Counted from the first letter of the stretch, positions 29,343 to 38,763 are shown. The stretch: DNA of 45,488 bases from an uncultured Sphingosinicella sp. (GCA_964404245.1 CAYOJN010000001.1:1-45488), one strand, 5' to 3'. Program-made: numbers and translations. Notes: a model not told the origin generated them from the sequence alone.

Positions 29343-30272
29343 ATGGGCAGTTTCATCATCTCGCTGGACTGCGAAGGCAAATGGGGAATGGCCGACAATC
29401 TCCAGCCTTATCACCACCAGATGCTCACGGATCGCGCCTTGGCCAAAGCCTATGAGCGCCTCGTCGCCCTGTTCGCTCGCTATGAAATTCCCGCGACCTT
29501 CGCCTTCGTGATGGCTTTCACCCTCACCGCCGACCAGCGCCGCGACTTCGGGCTGCTCGTCGATCCCGACCGGGCCGAAGGCGATGCCTGGATGGCTCAT
29601 TTCTGGACCGACATCCAGGCGGGCCGAACGGAAGGATGGTTCCAGCCTGATGCCCTGGACCTGGTCCAGGCCGATGGTCGCCATGAAATTGCCTGCCACG
29701 GCTTCTGCCATCGACCGATGGACGACCAATCTCTCTCGTCGGCACTGGCCCAGGCAGAACTGGAGGCTGCAGGCAAAGTCGCCAGTCTCAAGGGCGTCAA
29801 CCTCAAGACCCTCGTCTTTCCCCGCAACCAGGTCGGCAATCTCGATTCGCTCCGTGGCGCCGGCTATATCGGTTTTCGCGAAAAGCTGGCGAGACCGAAG
29901 GGACTGGCCGGACGACTGGTTCGACTGACCGAGGAATATCATGTTCGGCCTTCTCTCCAGAAGTCGAAGAAAGCCGGCCCCAACGGGCTGACCCGGATCG
30001 CGCCCGGCTATTTCTTCAACTGGCGTTTCGGTGCCCGATCCCATGTCCCGGAAGGAATCACCTTTGCCCGCTGGAAGAGCCTGCTTGATCGCTCTGCTCG
30101 ATCGGGCACCGCCGCCCATCTCTGGCTCCACCCCCATAATCTGATCACCGCCCCGTCGACCGGGTCCAGCCTTGAGCGGGTTCTGGCCTATGCGGCGAAA
30201 CTGCGTGACCAGGGGCGGTTGACTGTCAGGACCCAGGTCGACCACTGCAAGGAGGTCGAAGCGGCGGCCTGA
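29343..30272 (+). CDS. Polysaccharide deacetylase (CE4/NodB-like)
   Basis: ISLDCEGKWG, IPATFA, HEIACHGFCH, VFPRN and HLWLHPHN metal-binding pattern. Confidence 0.82.
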   Translation: MGSFIISLDCEGKWGMADNLQPYHHQMLTDRALAKAYERLVALFARYEIPATFAFVMAFTLTADQRRDFGLLVDPDRAEGDAWMAHFWTDIQAGRTEGWFQPDALDLVQADGRHEIACHGFCHRPMDDQSLSSALAQAELEAAGKVASLKGVNLKTLVFPRNQVGNLDSLRGAGYIGFREKLARPKGLAGRLVRLTEEYHVRPSLQKSKKAGPNGLTRIAPGYFFNWRFGARSHVPEGITFARWKSLLDRSARSGTAAHLWLHPHNLITAPSTGSSLERVLAYAAKLRDQGRLTVRTQVDHCKEVEAAA

Positions 30273-30386
30273 CCCAAGTTGCGGGGATATTGCCAAGTCC
30301 GTAGGGAAGCGATCACAGCCATGCGCCGCCCGCTTCTTCGGTGAGCGAGAAGGAAGTATCTTGACCATCTTCGAACGGGTCTCTCC

Positions 30387-31751
30387 TTGCTAGGACGGCT
30401 CAGGCGCCGCGTCGGCCGGCTCCATCCCAATCACCACCGGATCGGGCGCGGCGCGCTCTGGGTCGGTCTGTTCGTCCTCGCTGCAAAGCTTTGCACGGCC
30501 TTGCGCGAAGTGGCGATTGCCTGGCGGTTCGGGATCAGCGGGATCGTCGACGCCTATCAGATCGCTTTCACCGTCGCGACCTGGCTGCCGATGGTGCTTG
30601 GCTCCGCCGCCACCGCCGTCTTCGTCCCCCGGTTGGTCGCGCTGGCACGAAAGCCGGAAGCCTATCGTGCCTTCGTCGACGAAGCGAACGGCCTTGTCTT
30701 GTGGACGGCTCTTGGTGTCGGGCTACTGACGGCCGCTGCGGCCTGGTTCATTGTGCCGCTGCTCGCCAACGGGCTTGGGCCCGAGATCGAACGGCGCTCA
30801 ACCTTGATGGCGCTCCAGCTGAGCGGCGCAGCGACCTTCCTCTGGCTCAGCGCCTATCTGTCGACCCGGCTGCAGGCCAAGGAGCGGTTCGGCTACACCT
30901 TCCTTGAAGGCCTCCCTTCCCTCGGCGTCGCACTGCTCATCGTCGCCATGCCGGGAAGCGAAGAAAGACCGCTGGTGCTCGGGACCTGGCTGGGCGTTGT
31001 TGCACAGGCGGCCTGGCTCGTCAGGCTGACGACTCGAAGCGACGGCTTTCTGGGCGGTGCCGTGGCACGGCCGCTCGATCGGGAATGGCGCCTGCTTTAC
31101 GCCTCGCTGATCATGATGGTCGGTGGGCAGCTGCTGGTCGCACTCACTCTGCCGATCGACCAGGCTTTCGCCAGTTCGCTGGGCGAAGGCTCGGTCGCAA
31201 CCCTGGGCTATGCCGCAAGGGTGGTCGGCCTGGTGACGGCGCTCGGTACGGTGGTTCTTGCCCGGGCGGTCCTCCCGGTCGTCTCCTCCTCAATCTCCGA
31301 GGGTCAGATCGCCCTCGGAGCGCGCCAGTCACTCTACTGGGCAGTGCTGATGGGGTCGCTGGCTCTGATCGGAACGATCGTGGGCTGGCTGCTCTCGCCT
31401 GTCGCAGTTCGGTTGCTTTTCGAACGGGGCGCCTTCGACCGCGAAAGCACCCTTCTGGTCACGGAGGCGCTCCGCTACGGGCTTCTACAGCTTCCGCCCT
31501 ACATTGCCGGGATCGTGCTCGTTCAATGGCTTTCCGCTGCCGGGCGTTACCCCACGATCATGTGGATCGCCGCTGCAGGACTGACCGCGAAGATCGCCAG
31601 CAACTTCCTCCTGGTCGACTCTTGGGGTGTTCCTGGAATCATGATAGCGACGGCGATCATGTACGCCGTCACGGCGGCCCTCATGCTCCTTCCAATCCTT
31701 GGCGCGATTCGAAGAACCGACGCCTCGGGACAGCCCGCCTCGCCCAGATAG
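30387..31751 (+). CDS. MurJ/MviN-like MOP-superfamily flippase
   Basis: REVAIAWRFG...DAY, about 12-13 TM helices, D..FASSLGEGSVATLGYA.R and LLFERGAFD. Confidence 0.88.
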   Translation: MLGRLRRRVGRLHPNHHRIGRGALWVGLFVLAAKLCTALREVAIAWRFGISGIVDAYQIAFTVATWLPMVLGSAATAVFVPRLVALARKPEAYRAFVDEANGLVLWTALGVGLLTAAAAWFIVPLLANGLGPEIERRSTLMALQLSGAATFLWLSAYLSTRLQAKERFGYTFLEGLPSLGVALLIVAMPGSEERPLVLGTWLGVVAQAAWLVRLTTRSDGFLGGAVARPLDREWRLLYASLIMMVGGQLLVALTLPIDQAFASSLGEGSVATLGYAARVVGLVTALGTVVLARAVLPVVSSSISEGQIALGARQSLYWAVLMGSLALIGTIVGWLLSPVAVRLLFERGAFDRESTLLVTEALRYGLLQLPPYIAGIVLVQWLSAAGRYPTIMWIAAAGLTAKIASNFLLVDSWGVPGIMIATAIMYAVTAALMLLPILGAIRRTDASGQPASPR

Positions 31752-31775
31752 ATCCAAATAACTGGAACCCTCCCG

Positions 31776-32570
31776 ATGCCTGAGCTTCCGTTTCGAAATG
31801 CTGCCCGGCTGGTCCGGAACTTCGCCTCCCCCAATCCGGACCGGCGCCTCGCCGCCCTCAACATACTGGGGCAATGGCTGATGGGCGATTATCGCCTGTC
31901 CTGGCAGCATATGGACTGGTGGCGGGACGCGGATTTCAATGCCTATCTCGAAAGGTTCGGAGAGCGCGGTGGATTCAACACCCACCGTCGATGGATGCTC
32001 TGGCAGCTGCTTCGAATGGTCGGCGACCTCGATGGCGACACGGCTGAATGCGGCGTGTTCGAGGGGGCATCGTCCTGGCTGATCTGCGCTGCCAATCGTC
32101 AGAGCAGGCCGGGACGCAAGCATCACCTGTTCGACAGTTTCGAAGGCCTCAGCCGGCCTGACGAGAAGGATGGAAGCTATTGGGAGCCAGGGGCGCTGGC
32201 ACGCTCGGAGGCGATAGTTGAATCGAAGCTTGCTCCGTTCCTTGACGACCTCGTCTTCCACAAGGGCTGGATCCCGGAGCGCTTCGGCGATGTCAGTGAT
32301 CGCGCCTTCGCCTTTGTCCATGTCGATGTGGACCTTCGCCAGCCCACCCTGGACAGCATCATCTTTTTCTATGACCGGCTCGTCCCGGGCGGAATCCTGC
32401 TCTGCGATGATTATGGATGCACTTCCTGCCCTGGCGCGACCTCCGCGCTGGACGAGTTTCTTGCCGACAAGCCCGAGAAGATGATCGCGCTCGACGCTGG
32501 CGGCGGGTTCTTCGTCAAGGGCCGGGCAACGACGGCGCCGCTCAGCACACTCGCCTCGATCGGCGGCTAG
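31776..32570 (+). CDS. TylF/MycF/NovP-family O-methyltransferase
   Basis: GDTAECGVFEG, LFDSFEGL, KGW, FVHVDVD and LVPGGILLCDDY. Confidence 0.92.
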   Translation: MPELPFRNAARLVRNFASPNPDRRLAALNILGQWLMGDYRLSWQHMDWWRDADFNAYLERFGERGGFNTHRRWMLWQLLRMVGDLDGDTAECGVFEGASSWLICAANRQSRPGRKHHLFDSFEGLSRPDEKDGSYWEPGALARSEAIVESKLAPFLDDLVFHKGWIPERFGDVSDRAFAFVHVDVDLRQPTLDSIIFFYDRLVPGGILLCDDYGCTSCPGATSALDEFLADKPEKMIALDAGGGFFVKGRATTAPLSTLASIGG

Positions 32571-32602
32571 TCAGCCCGGAACATCGGGAGAAAAGGCTTG
32601 CC

Positions 32603-34609
32603 TCAGGCAGCAGCGCGGCTCGCACCGATCAGGTTCGCCTTTCCTGCGCCCGATCCGAGCCAGGACTGGAACATGAGCACGATCCAGAGCCGATATTGTT
32701 CGTTGACCTCGCCGCTCAGATGGGCTGCCCACATGGCCCTGATCGGCTCGGGCCGGAAATAGCCTTCGGCGACGAGCCGATCCTCGGCGAGAAGCTGCTC
32801 GGCCCAATCCTTGAGCGGGCCTCTCAGCCAGTCCCCGACCGGGATTCCGAAGCCCATTTTCGGCCGATCGATCAGGGCCCTCGGGACATGTCGATAAAGG
32901 ACCTGGCGAAGAGCCCATTTCGTCTCTCCGTCCCGGATCTTGTAGTCCATCGGCAACCGCCAGGCGAATTCGACGACCCGATGATCGAGTAGCGGAACCC
33001 TGGTCTCCAGCGAATTGCGCATCGCGGCGCGGTCCACTTTCACCAGGATGTCGTCAGGGAGATAGGTGAGCAGGTCCACCACCATCATCCGCTCAATTTC
33101 CGACAGGCTCGTCATTGTCGGCATGTCCCGGGTCAGCACGGTCGGCGGCTCACTCCCCCCAATCACGATCGAAGCCGGATCGCGCCAGCTCGAGGCCAGG
33201 CCGTGATAGAGTTGGGCTGCGCTTGCGCTTGCGAGCACTCCGGCGCCCTTGTGGATCTTGTCGCCGGGAAGGGTCAGTCGGGCCGAGGCTGGAAGAATGG
33301 GATCCAGGGCCCCGGCAACGCGGTTCCAGCTTCGAGGTGAAAGACTGACCAGCCCGCGGGCGAGAGCGGCCCTCATCGGCCTCGGCACCCGCGACAGCCG
33401 TTTCCAGTAGCGCTCCGTGATCCGGTAGCGCTCATAGCCGCCGAACAACTCGTCCCCGGCATCGCCCGACAGCGACACGGTCACATGCCGGCGCGCCAGT
33501 TGCGAAACAAGGAAGGTGGGAATCTGGGATGAATCGGCGAACGGCTCGTCATACATGTCCGCAAGCTTCGGAATCACCCCCATCGCCTCGTCGGACGTGA
33601 CGTAGAGCTCGACATGGTCGGTCCCGAGATGGGCAGCAACGGCCTTGGCGTGGACGGCTTCGTTATAGGCATCCTCGTGAAAGCCGATCGAAAAGGTCCG
33701 AACCGGCCGCGAAGACCGGGACTGCATCAGTGCAACCACCGTCGATGAATCGACTCCGCCGGAAAGGAAGGCGCCCAGCGGAACATCCGAGATCATCTGC
33801 TGGCCGATGGCCTTGCCGAGCAGGGCCTCGAGTTCGTCGACCACGTCGTCCGGGCCGAGTACAAGCGGGTCCCTGACGCCTTGTTCGGCGACTGAGCGGG
33901 CGGACCAGTAAGGTTCGATCCTGTAGTCCCCGGACTGCGAGTTGAGGGTCAGGATCGTGCCCGGCAGTAGCTTGAAGAGGTCATTATAGATGGTGTGAGG
34001 CGCGGGGACGTAACCGTGCCTCATGTAGAGCGCCAGAGCCTCGCGATTGACGCTGCCGTCGAAGGCGGGATGATGGGCAAGCGACTTGAGTTCGGATCCG
34101 AACAGGAACGTCTTCTGAACGCCCTGCCCCTGCCAGCCGAAATGGAGCGGCTTCTCGCCGACCCGGTCCCTGGCGAGGTGAAGCAGCCGCTCGGACCGGT
34201 CCCACAAGGCCAAAGCGAACATCCCGACGCTGCGCTCCAGGGCCTTTTCAAGGCCCCATCGCTCGATCGCCGCGAGCAGGGTCTCGGTATCCGAATGGCC
34301 GCGCCATTCCGGCGCTGCTCCGCATCCCTCGAGCTCCTGCCGGATTTCCAGATGATTGTAGATCTCGCCATTATAGATGATCGTCCAGCGGCCGCTCGCC
34401 GAGTGCATCGGCTGGTTTCCGGCGGTCGAAAGGTCGATGATCGCAAGGCGCCGGTGCCCGAAGGCAAGACGGGCGTCCGAATCGACCCAGATGTCGCCAT
34501 GGTCCGGGCCACGATGGCTGATCGGCTTGATCATCGCCTCGACCAGCTTTTCGCCAGAGGCCGAGCCGGCCGACCAGGCGCCGCCAAGGAAGCCCGCAAT
34601 TCCACACAT
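32603..34609 (-). CDS. asnB: AsnB-family glutamine amidotransferase (probable sugar amidase, WbpS/WbqG-like)
   Basis: N-terminal MCGI nucleophile, HRGPD, GHRRLAIIDLS, NGEIYN, LSGGVDSS, SGDAGDELFGGY and KVDRAAM. Confidence 0.95.
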   Translation of the reverse strand: MCGIAGFLGGAWSAGSASGEKLVEAMIKPISHRGPDHGDIWVDSDARLAFGHRRLAIIDLSTAGNQPMHSASGRWTIIYNGEIYNHLEIRQELEGCGAAPEWRGHSDTETLLAAIERWGLEKALERSVGMFALALWDRSERLLHLARDRVGEKPLHFGWQGQGVQKTFLFGSELKSLAHHPAFDGSVNREALALYMRHGYVPAPHTIYNDLFKLLPGTILTLNSQSGDYRIEPYWSARSVAEQGVRDPLVLGPDDVVDELEALLGKAIGQQMISDVPLGAFLSGGVDSSTVVALMQSRSSRPVRTFSIGFHEDAYNEAVHAKAVAAHLGTDHVELYVTSDEAMGVIPKLADMYDEPFADSSQIPTFLVSQLARRHVTVSLSGDAGDELFGGYERYRITERYWKRLSRVPRPMRAALARGLVSLSPRSWNRVAGALDPILPASARLTLPGDKIHKGAGVLASASAAQLYHGLASSWRDPASIVIGGSEPPTVLTRDMPTMTSLSEIERMMVVDLLTYLPDDILVKVDRAAMRNSLETRVPLLDHRVVEFAWRLPMDYKIRDGETKWALRQVLYRHVPRALIDRPKMGFGIPVGDWLRGPLKDWAEQLLAEDRLVAEGYFRPEPIRAMWAAHLSGEVNEQYRLWIVLMFQSWLGSGAGKANLIGASRAAA

Positions 34610-34793
34610 AGTTTCGTCCGATCCCGAGCGGCGCGCGCCGCCATCCTTCTATCCTGGCCCTGGACGGTCCGGTCCGCGCCTGCTGCTGCCGACATAGTAA
34701 GCTTGATCGACCTCCGTGCCAACCGTCGCGGCCCTTGAGTTCGGGCGGCAAAGCGGGGAGAGCAGGATGATGTTGGCCACCGAAAGGAACAGA

Positions 34794-35912
34794 ATGAACA
34801 GCGCGAAGCGCGTCGTTCTGCTCGGCTCATACGCGCCCTCGCTACTGAATTTTCGGGGCCCGCTCATTGCGGCCCTGGTCGCGCGCGGGCACCGGGTGTT
34901 CGCATTGGCTCCGAGGATGGAGCCGGAACTGGCCGAGGCGATCGAAAAACTCGGCGCCGAACCGGTGGAAGTCTCGCTCAGCCGCGGAAGTCTCAATCCC
35001 GCTTCGGCGGCTCGAACGGCAAGAGCCCTGGCCACGACCTTCCAGCAGCTTCAGCCCGACATCGTGATCGCCTACACGATCGGACCGATCACCCTTGCAG
35101 CCTCGGCTGCAAGAGCCGCCGGTGCGCGTTTCGTTCCGCTCATCACCGGCCTTGGCTATGCCTTTCTGGGCGGACTGAATCCAAAGCGCCTGTTCGTTCG
35201 CCTTGCAGCCATTCTCCTCTACCGGCGCGCCTTCGGGAAGGCCGAGCTGGTTCTGTTCCAGAATGAGGATGATCGAAGGGATTTCAGGCGGCTGCGGATC
35301 CTTCCAGACCGAGTGAGATCCGAGGTGATTGCCGGCTCGGGTGTGGACCTCGATCATTATGCCGCTCGCCCGCTTCCGGGAGCGCCCATCTTCCTGATGA
35401 TCGCGAGATTCCTCAGGGACAAGGGCATTCGGGAATATGGCGAAGCCGCCGCACGGCTGAAGAAAAGCCATCCGAAGGCGCGCTTCCTTCTGGCCGGCTG
35501 GCTGGACCAATCACCGGACGCGATCGACGAGGCCCAGCTGAGTTCAATCGCAGCCGGGGGAGTCGAGCTGCTCGGCCGGCTCGACGATGTGCGGCCAGCC
35601 ATCGCTTCGGCGGAAATCTATGTTCTCCCTTCCTATCGCGAAGGAACGCCGCGTTCGGTTCTTGAGGCGATGGCGATGGGAAGGCCGATCATCACCAGCG
35701 ATTCGCCCGGCTGCAGGGAAACGGTCATCGACGGAGAGAATGGTTTCCTCGTTACCGCCCGCGATGCACAATCCCTCCACGACGCGATGCGCCGTTTCAT
35801 CGAGGAACCGGGGCTTGCCGAGGCGATGGGAAAGGCTTCGCGTCGCCTCGCCGAGGAGAAATATGATGTCCACAAGGTCAATCGAGCGATTCTCGGCCAT
35901 GTCGGTCTTTGA
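34794..35912 (+). CDS. Glycosyltransferase family 4 (PglA/CapM-like)
   Basis: NFRG.LI, ITGLGY, FQN.DD, GSGVD, AR...DKGI.E and VLPSYREGTPRSVLEA. Confidence 0.93.
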   Translation: MNSAKRVVLLGSYAPSLLNFRGPLIAALVARGHRVFALAPRMEPELAEAIEKLGAEPVEVSLSRGSLNPASAARTARALATTFQQLQPDIVIAYTIGPITLAASAARAAGARFVPLITGLGYAFLGGLNPKRLFVRLAAILLYRRAFGKAELVLFQNEDDRRDFRRLRILPDRVRSEVIAGSGVDLDHYAARPLPGAPIFLMIARFLRDKGIREYGEAAARLKKSHPKARFLLAGWLDQSPDAIDEAQLSSIAAGGVELLGRLDDVRPAIASAEIYVLPSYREGTPRSVLEAMAMGRPIITSDSPGCRETVIDGENGFLVTARDAQSLHDAMRRFIEEPGLAEAMGKASRRLAEEKYDVHKVNRAILGHVGL

Positions 35913-36531
35913 CGGCAAGCGACTGTTCGACCTGGCTGTCGCAGGTTCGGCTCTGGTCCTGCTCTCGCCGGTCCTGCTGATCGTTTCCGCCGCTGTCCTC
36001 ATCGCCCTTGGACGACCGGTCATCTTCGGTCAGCTTCGCCCCGGGCTTGGCGGAAAGCCCTTCAGGCTGCTCAAGTTCCGGACCATGACCAACGCCAGGG
36101 ACGATTCCGGCCGGCCTCTTGCGGACGAAAGCCGCCTGACCGGCTTCGGCCGCTTCCTTCGCTCTACAAGCCTCGATGAACTGCCGGAATTGTGGAATGT
36201 GGTTCGCGGCGACATGAGCCTGGTCGGCCCGCGCCCGCTGCTGGTCCAGTATCTCGAACGCTACAGTCCGGAGCAGGCTCGAAGACATGAGGTCCGGCCG
36301 GGCCTGACCGGCTGGGCCCAGGTCAATGGTCGCAATTCGCTGGGCTGGCCCGAAAGGCTGACAATGGATGTCTGGTATGTCGATCACCGGACCTTTTGGC
36401 TCGACCTGAAAATATTGGTCCTGACCGTGAAGGCCGTTTTCAGCCGCGACGGGATCAACTCGGAAGGGTCCGCGACGATGCATGAATTCATGGGCAATGA
36501 GGCAAGCGGTCAGGGTCAGGCCGATGAGTGA
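35899..36531 (+). CDS. Monotopic phosphoglycosyl transferase (PglC-like initiating sugar transferase)
   Basis: KRLFD, KFRTM, LRSTSLDELP, GDMSLVGPRP and PGLTGWAQVNGRN. Confidence 0.95.
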   Translation: MSVFDGKRLFDLAVAGSALVLLSPVLLIVSAAVLIALGRPVIFGQLRPGLGGKPFRLLKFRTMTNARDDSGRPLADESRLTGFGRFLRSTSLDELPELWNVVRGDMSLVGPRPLLVQYLERYSPEQARRHEVRPGLTGWAQVNGRNSLGWPERLTMDVWYVDHRTFWLDLKILVLTVKAVFSRDGINSEGSATMHEFMGNEASGQGQADE

Positions 36532-37126
36532 ACACTATGGGTCGATCCGGATTCTCGGCGCGGGCGGGCATGCCGCCGTTGCGGCTGATTCCTGGCAGCA
36601 GGCCGGCGGTACGATCATCGCTTATCATTCCGATACCCCTTCGAAGGGCCTTCGGACCGCAGGGCCGCTTGCGGTGGCCCTGGAATCAGGGGACCCCTTG
36701 CATATCGCGATCGGGAGCAATGCAATCCGTCGGGAATGGGCCGGAAAGGCGCCGAATGGGCAGTTTCCGGTCGTCCGCCACCCGGCCTCGATCGCAAGTC
36801 CGGACGCCCTGGTCGGCTCGGGCAGCCTGGTCTGTGCAGCAGCCATTCTTCAGCCGCGATGCCGGATCGGCCGCCACTCGATCATCAATACGGCGGCGCT
36901 CGTCGAACATGATTGCGAGATCGGCGATTTCGTCCACATCGCCCCTGGTGTTCGACTAGCCGGCGGAGTGACGGTCGAGGACGGCGCTTTCATCGGTATT
37001 GGAGCGGTCGCCATTCCAGGCATCCGGATTGGTGCCGGGGCGGTGATCGGTGCCGGTTCGGTGATCATCAGGGACGTCGAACCAGGCGCGAAAATGGCGG
37101 GCAACCCTGGCCGTTGTCTGGATTGA
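36524..37126 (+). CDS. Hexapeptide-repeat sugar N-acetyltransferase (PglD/NeuD family)
   Basis: GAGGHA, AIGSN..R, HPA, the VEHDC catalytic motif, left-handed beta-helix hexapeptides and GNP. Confidence 0.92.
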   Translation: MSEHYGSIRILGAGGHAAVAADSWQQAGGTIIAYHSDTPSKGLRTAGPLAVALESGDPLHIAIGSNAIRREWAGKAPNGQFPVVRHPASIASPDALVGSGSLVCAAAILQPRCRIGRHSIINTAALVEHDCEIGDFVHIAPGVRLAGGVTVEDGAFIGIGAVAIPGIRIGAGAVIGAGSVIIRDVEPGAKMAGNPGRCLD

Positions 37127-37153
37127 CCCGGCGCCGAGTTCAGGCCGGGTCAA
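37123..37153. other. Intergenic inverted repeat (stem-loop) upstream of the beta-helix gene
   Basis: TTGACCCGGC (37123-37132) pairs perfectly with GCCGGGTCAA (37144-37153); no U-tract. Confidence 0.6.
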
Positions 37154-37178
37154 GCCGGGGCGACGCAGGAGCAGTCCG

Positions 37179-38720
37179 ATGACCATTCCCGCGATGAGCC
37201 GCCGCCATTTCGTCAACGGCCTGATGCTGATGCCGCTCATAGGTTGCAGTCCGGCGGCGAATGCCCTTCAGGCTTCAGGCCCGACCCTGAACGTCGTCGA
37301 AGCCTTCGGCTTCGTTCCCGATGGCAGAACCGACAATCATGATGCATTTCTGCGCTGGGCTCGCCATGTCAACGGATCGCGTGGCGGTTCCTATCGCTTT
37401 CCGCCCGGGACCTATGCCGTCCATCGCTATCGCAACGGACCGACCGGATCACCTGCTCCGGGCGGTGCCCAGCTGCCGGAGGTGAGGAATGCGAGCGGCC
37501 TCGAAATCTTCGGCGAAGGGGCTCGGATCGACCTGAACGGCAATTTCCATCGATCGGCGCGGACTGGACGAAATGGCAGGCCCGTCGGTGCCGAGGTGGC
37601 CACCTTCATGCCGTTCGTTCTCTCCGATTGCCGGGACGTTCGCATTCGCGGCTTCGAAATCGATGGCGGAGTCCGCGCCATGAGCCGCGATTCCGACGTT
37701 GCCGAAGCCTACTCCCACCTCATCGCCCTGCATGGCTGCACGAATGTCCTGCTGGAGCATCTCCATCTCCACCATTCGCAGACCGATGCGATCTACCTTG
37801 CGGCGAGCCATCATCACGCCGCGGCAAGGGCTTGCCGGAATATCGTCCTGCGCAATGTCCGCTGCCTGAACAATGGCCGGGGTGGGCTCGGAATCATCCA
37901 GGCCCTGGGAGTCAGCTCGACCGACTGCGAATTCAGCGGCAGTGGGACCGACCTTGGCAGCTATGAAGGTCATTCGCCGCGTTTCGGAGTGACGGTCGAA
38001 CCCGATTATTCGCCCCCTGTGGTCGACGTTCGATCGGGAGACGTCAGTTTCCACGGATGCGAGTTTCACGGCAATGGGACCGCCTTTGCGGGAGTCTATC
38101 CTGACCGGGTGCAAGGCCACTTTCGGCTGATCGACTGCCGGTCGAGCAACACTCAGGGGTCCAATTTCCCGATCATGATCAACTGGCCCGGTGCACTGAT
38201 CGAAGGCGGGGTCCATGACGGGGGAAAGGGGACGATCTGGACGTCATGGGACGGGCCCGGGGGCGGGGAACTCACGATCCGCAATTGCGAGATCCGGACC
38301 TCGGCACCCTATGGCCTGTTCCACGCCCACCCCGGCAATATCGTTCACCTCGATAATGTCCGGATTCTGGGTCAGCATCGAACGGCCGCCGAAACCGGTT
38401 GGGTCCTGGCCCTCCAGGGAAACCCTGGCGGTGGGCGCCGGAACAGCCTCCGCAATTGCGAGCTGTTCATACCCGCGGCGCGCAAGAATCGGGCCGCGCC
38501 TTACGATTATGAAGTCAGCTTCTACCACACGCTTTCGGAAGGAAATCGGTTCCTGACCGACCTGCCGGCGCGATCGGGCGAGCATTTCTGCACCGAATAT
38601 GGCCCAGGGGCAGTCGCCAGCAGCGACGTTTATAGTGGAACTGCACGCGGCCCCGGCGACAGCTTCCGGCCTTCGCATGGCTCGGCTCACGATAGCCGCC
38701 GCCCCTTCAGCCACCATTAG
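37179..38720 (+). CDS. Tat-exported right-handed parallel beta-helix (pectin-lyase-fold) protein
   Basis: SRRHFV twin-arginine motif and LIGC lipobox-like site; FGFVPDGRTDNHDAF...Y.FPPGTY N-terminal motif; repeated V.IR/NV.L/C.F strands. Confidence 0.78.
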   Translation: MTIPAMSRRHFVNGLMLMPLIGCSPAANALQASGPTLNVVEAFGFVPDGRTDNHDAFLRWARHVNGSRGGSYRFPPGTYAVHRYRNGPTGSPAPGGAQLPEVRNASGLEIFGEGARIDLNGNFHRSARTGRNGRPVGAEVATFMPFVLSDCRDVRIRGFEIDGGVRAMSRDSDVAEAYSHLIALHGCTNVLLEHLHLHHSQTDAIYLAASHHHAAARACRNIVLRNVRCLNNGRGGLGIIQALGVSSTDCEFSGSGTDLGSYEGHSPRFGVTVEPDYSPPVVDVRSGDVSFHGCEFHGNGTAFAGVYPDRVQGHFRLIDCRSSNTQGSNFPIMINWPGALIEGGVHDGGKGTIWTSWDGPGGGELTIRNCEIRTSAPYGLFHAHPGNIVHLDNVRILGQHRTAAETGWVLALQGNPGGGRRNSLRNCELFIPAARKNRAAPYDYEVSFYHTLSEGNRFLTDLPARSGEHFCTEYGPGAVASSDVYSGTARGPGDSFRPSHGSAHDSRRPFSHH

Positions 38721-38740
38721 AGCCTCGATGAAAAGCCTTG

Positions 38741-38763
38741 TTCGCCCCTCCCGGAGGGGCGAA
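38741..38763. other. Intergenic inverted repeat downstream of the beta-helix gene
   Basis: TTCGCCCCTCC-C-GGAGGGGCGAA, with direct repeats GAAAAGCCT at 38730-38738 and 38761-38769. Confidence 0.6.

Noticed and set aside
30387-31751. Housekeeping peptidoglycan murJ
   Set aside because: Shorter and divergent, and embedded in a glycan operon; more likely a repeat-unit flippase, so no symbol was given.
32603-34609. Lasso-peptide cyclase or plain asparagine biosynthesis
   Set aside because: The glutaminase Cys is intact, there is no lasso B protein or precursor nearby, and the context points to sugar amidation.
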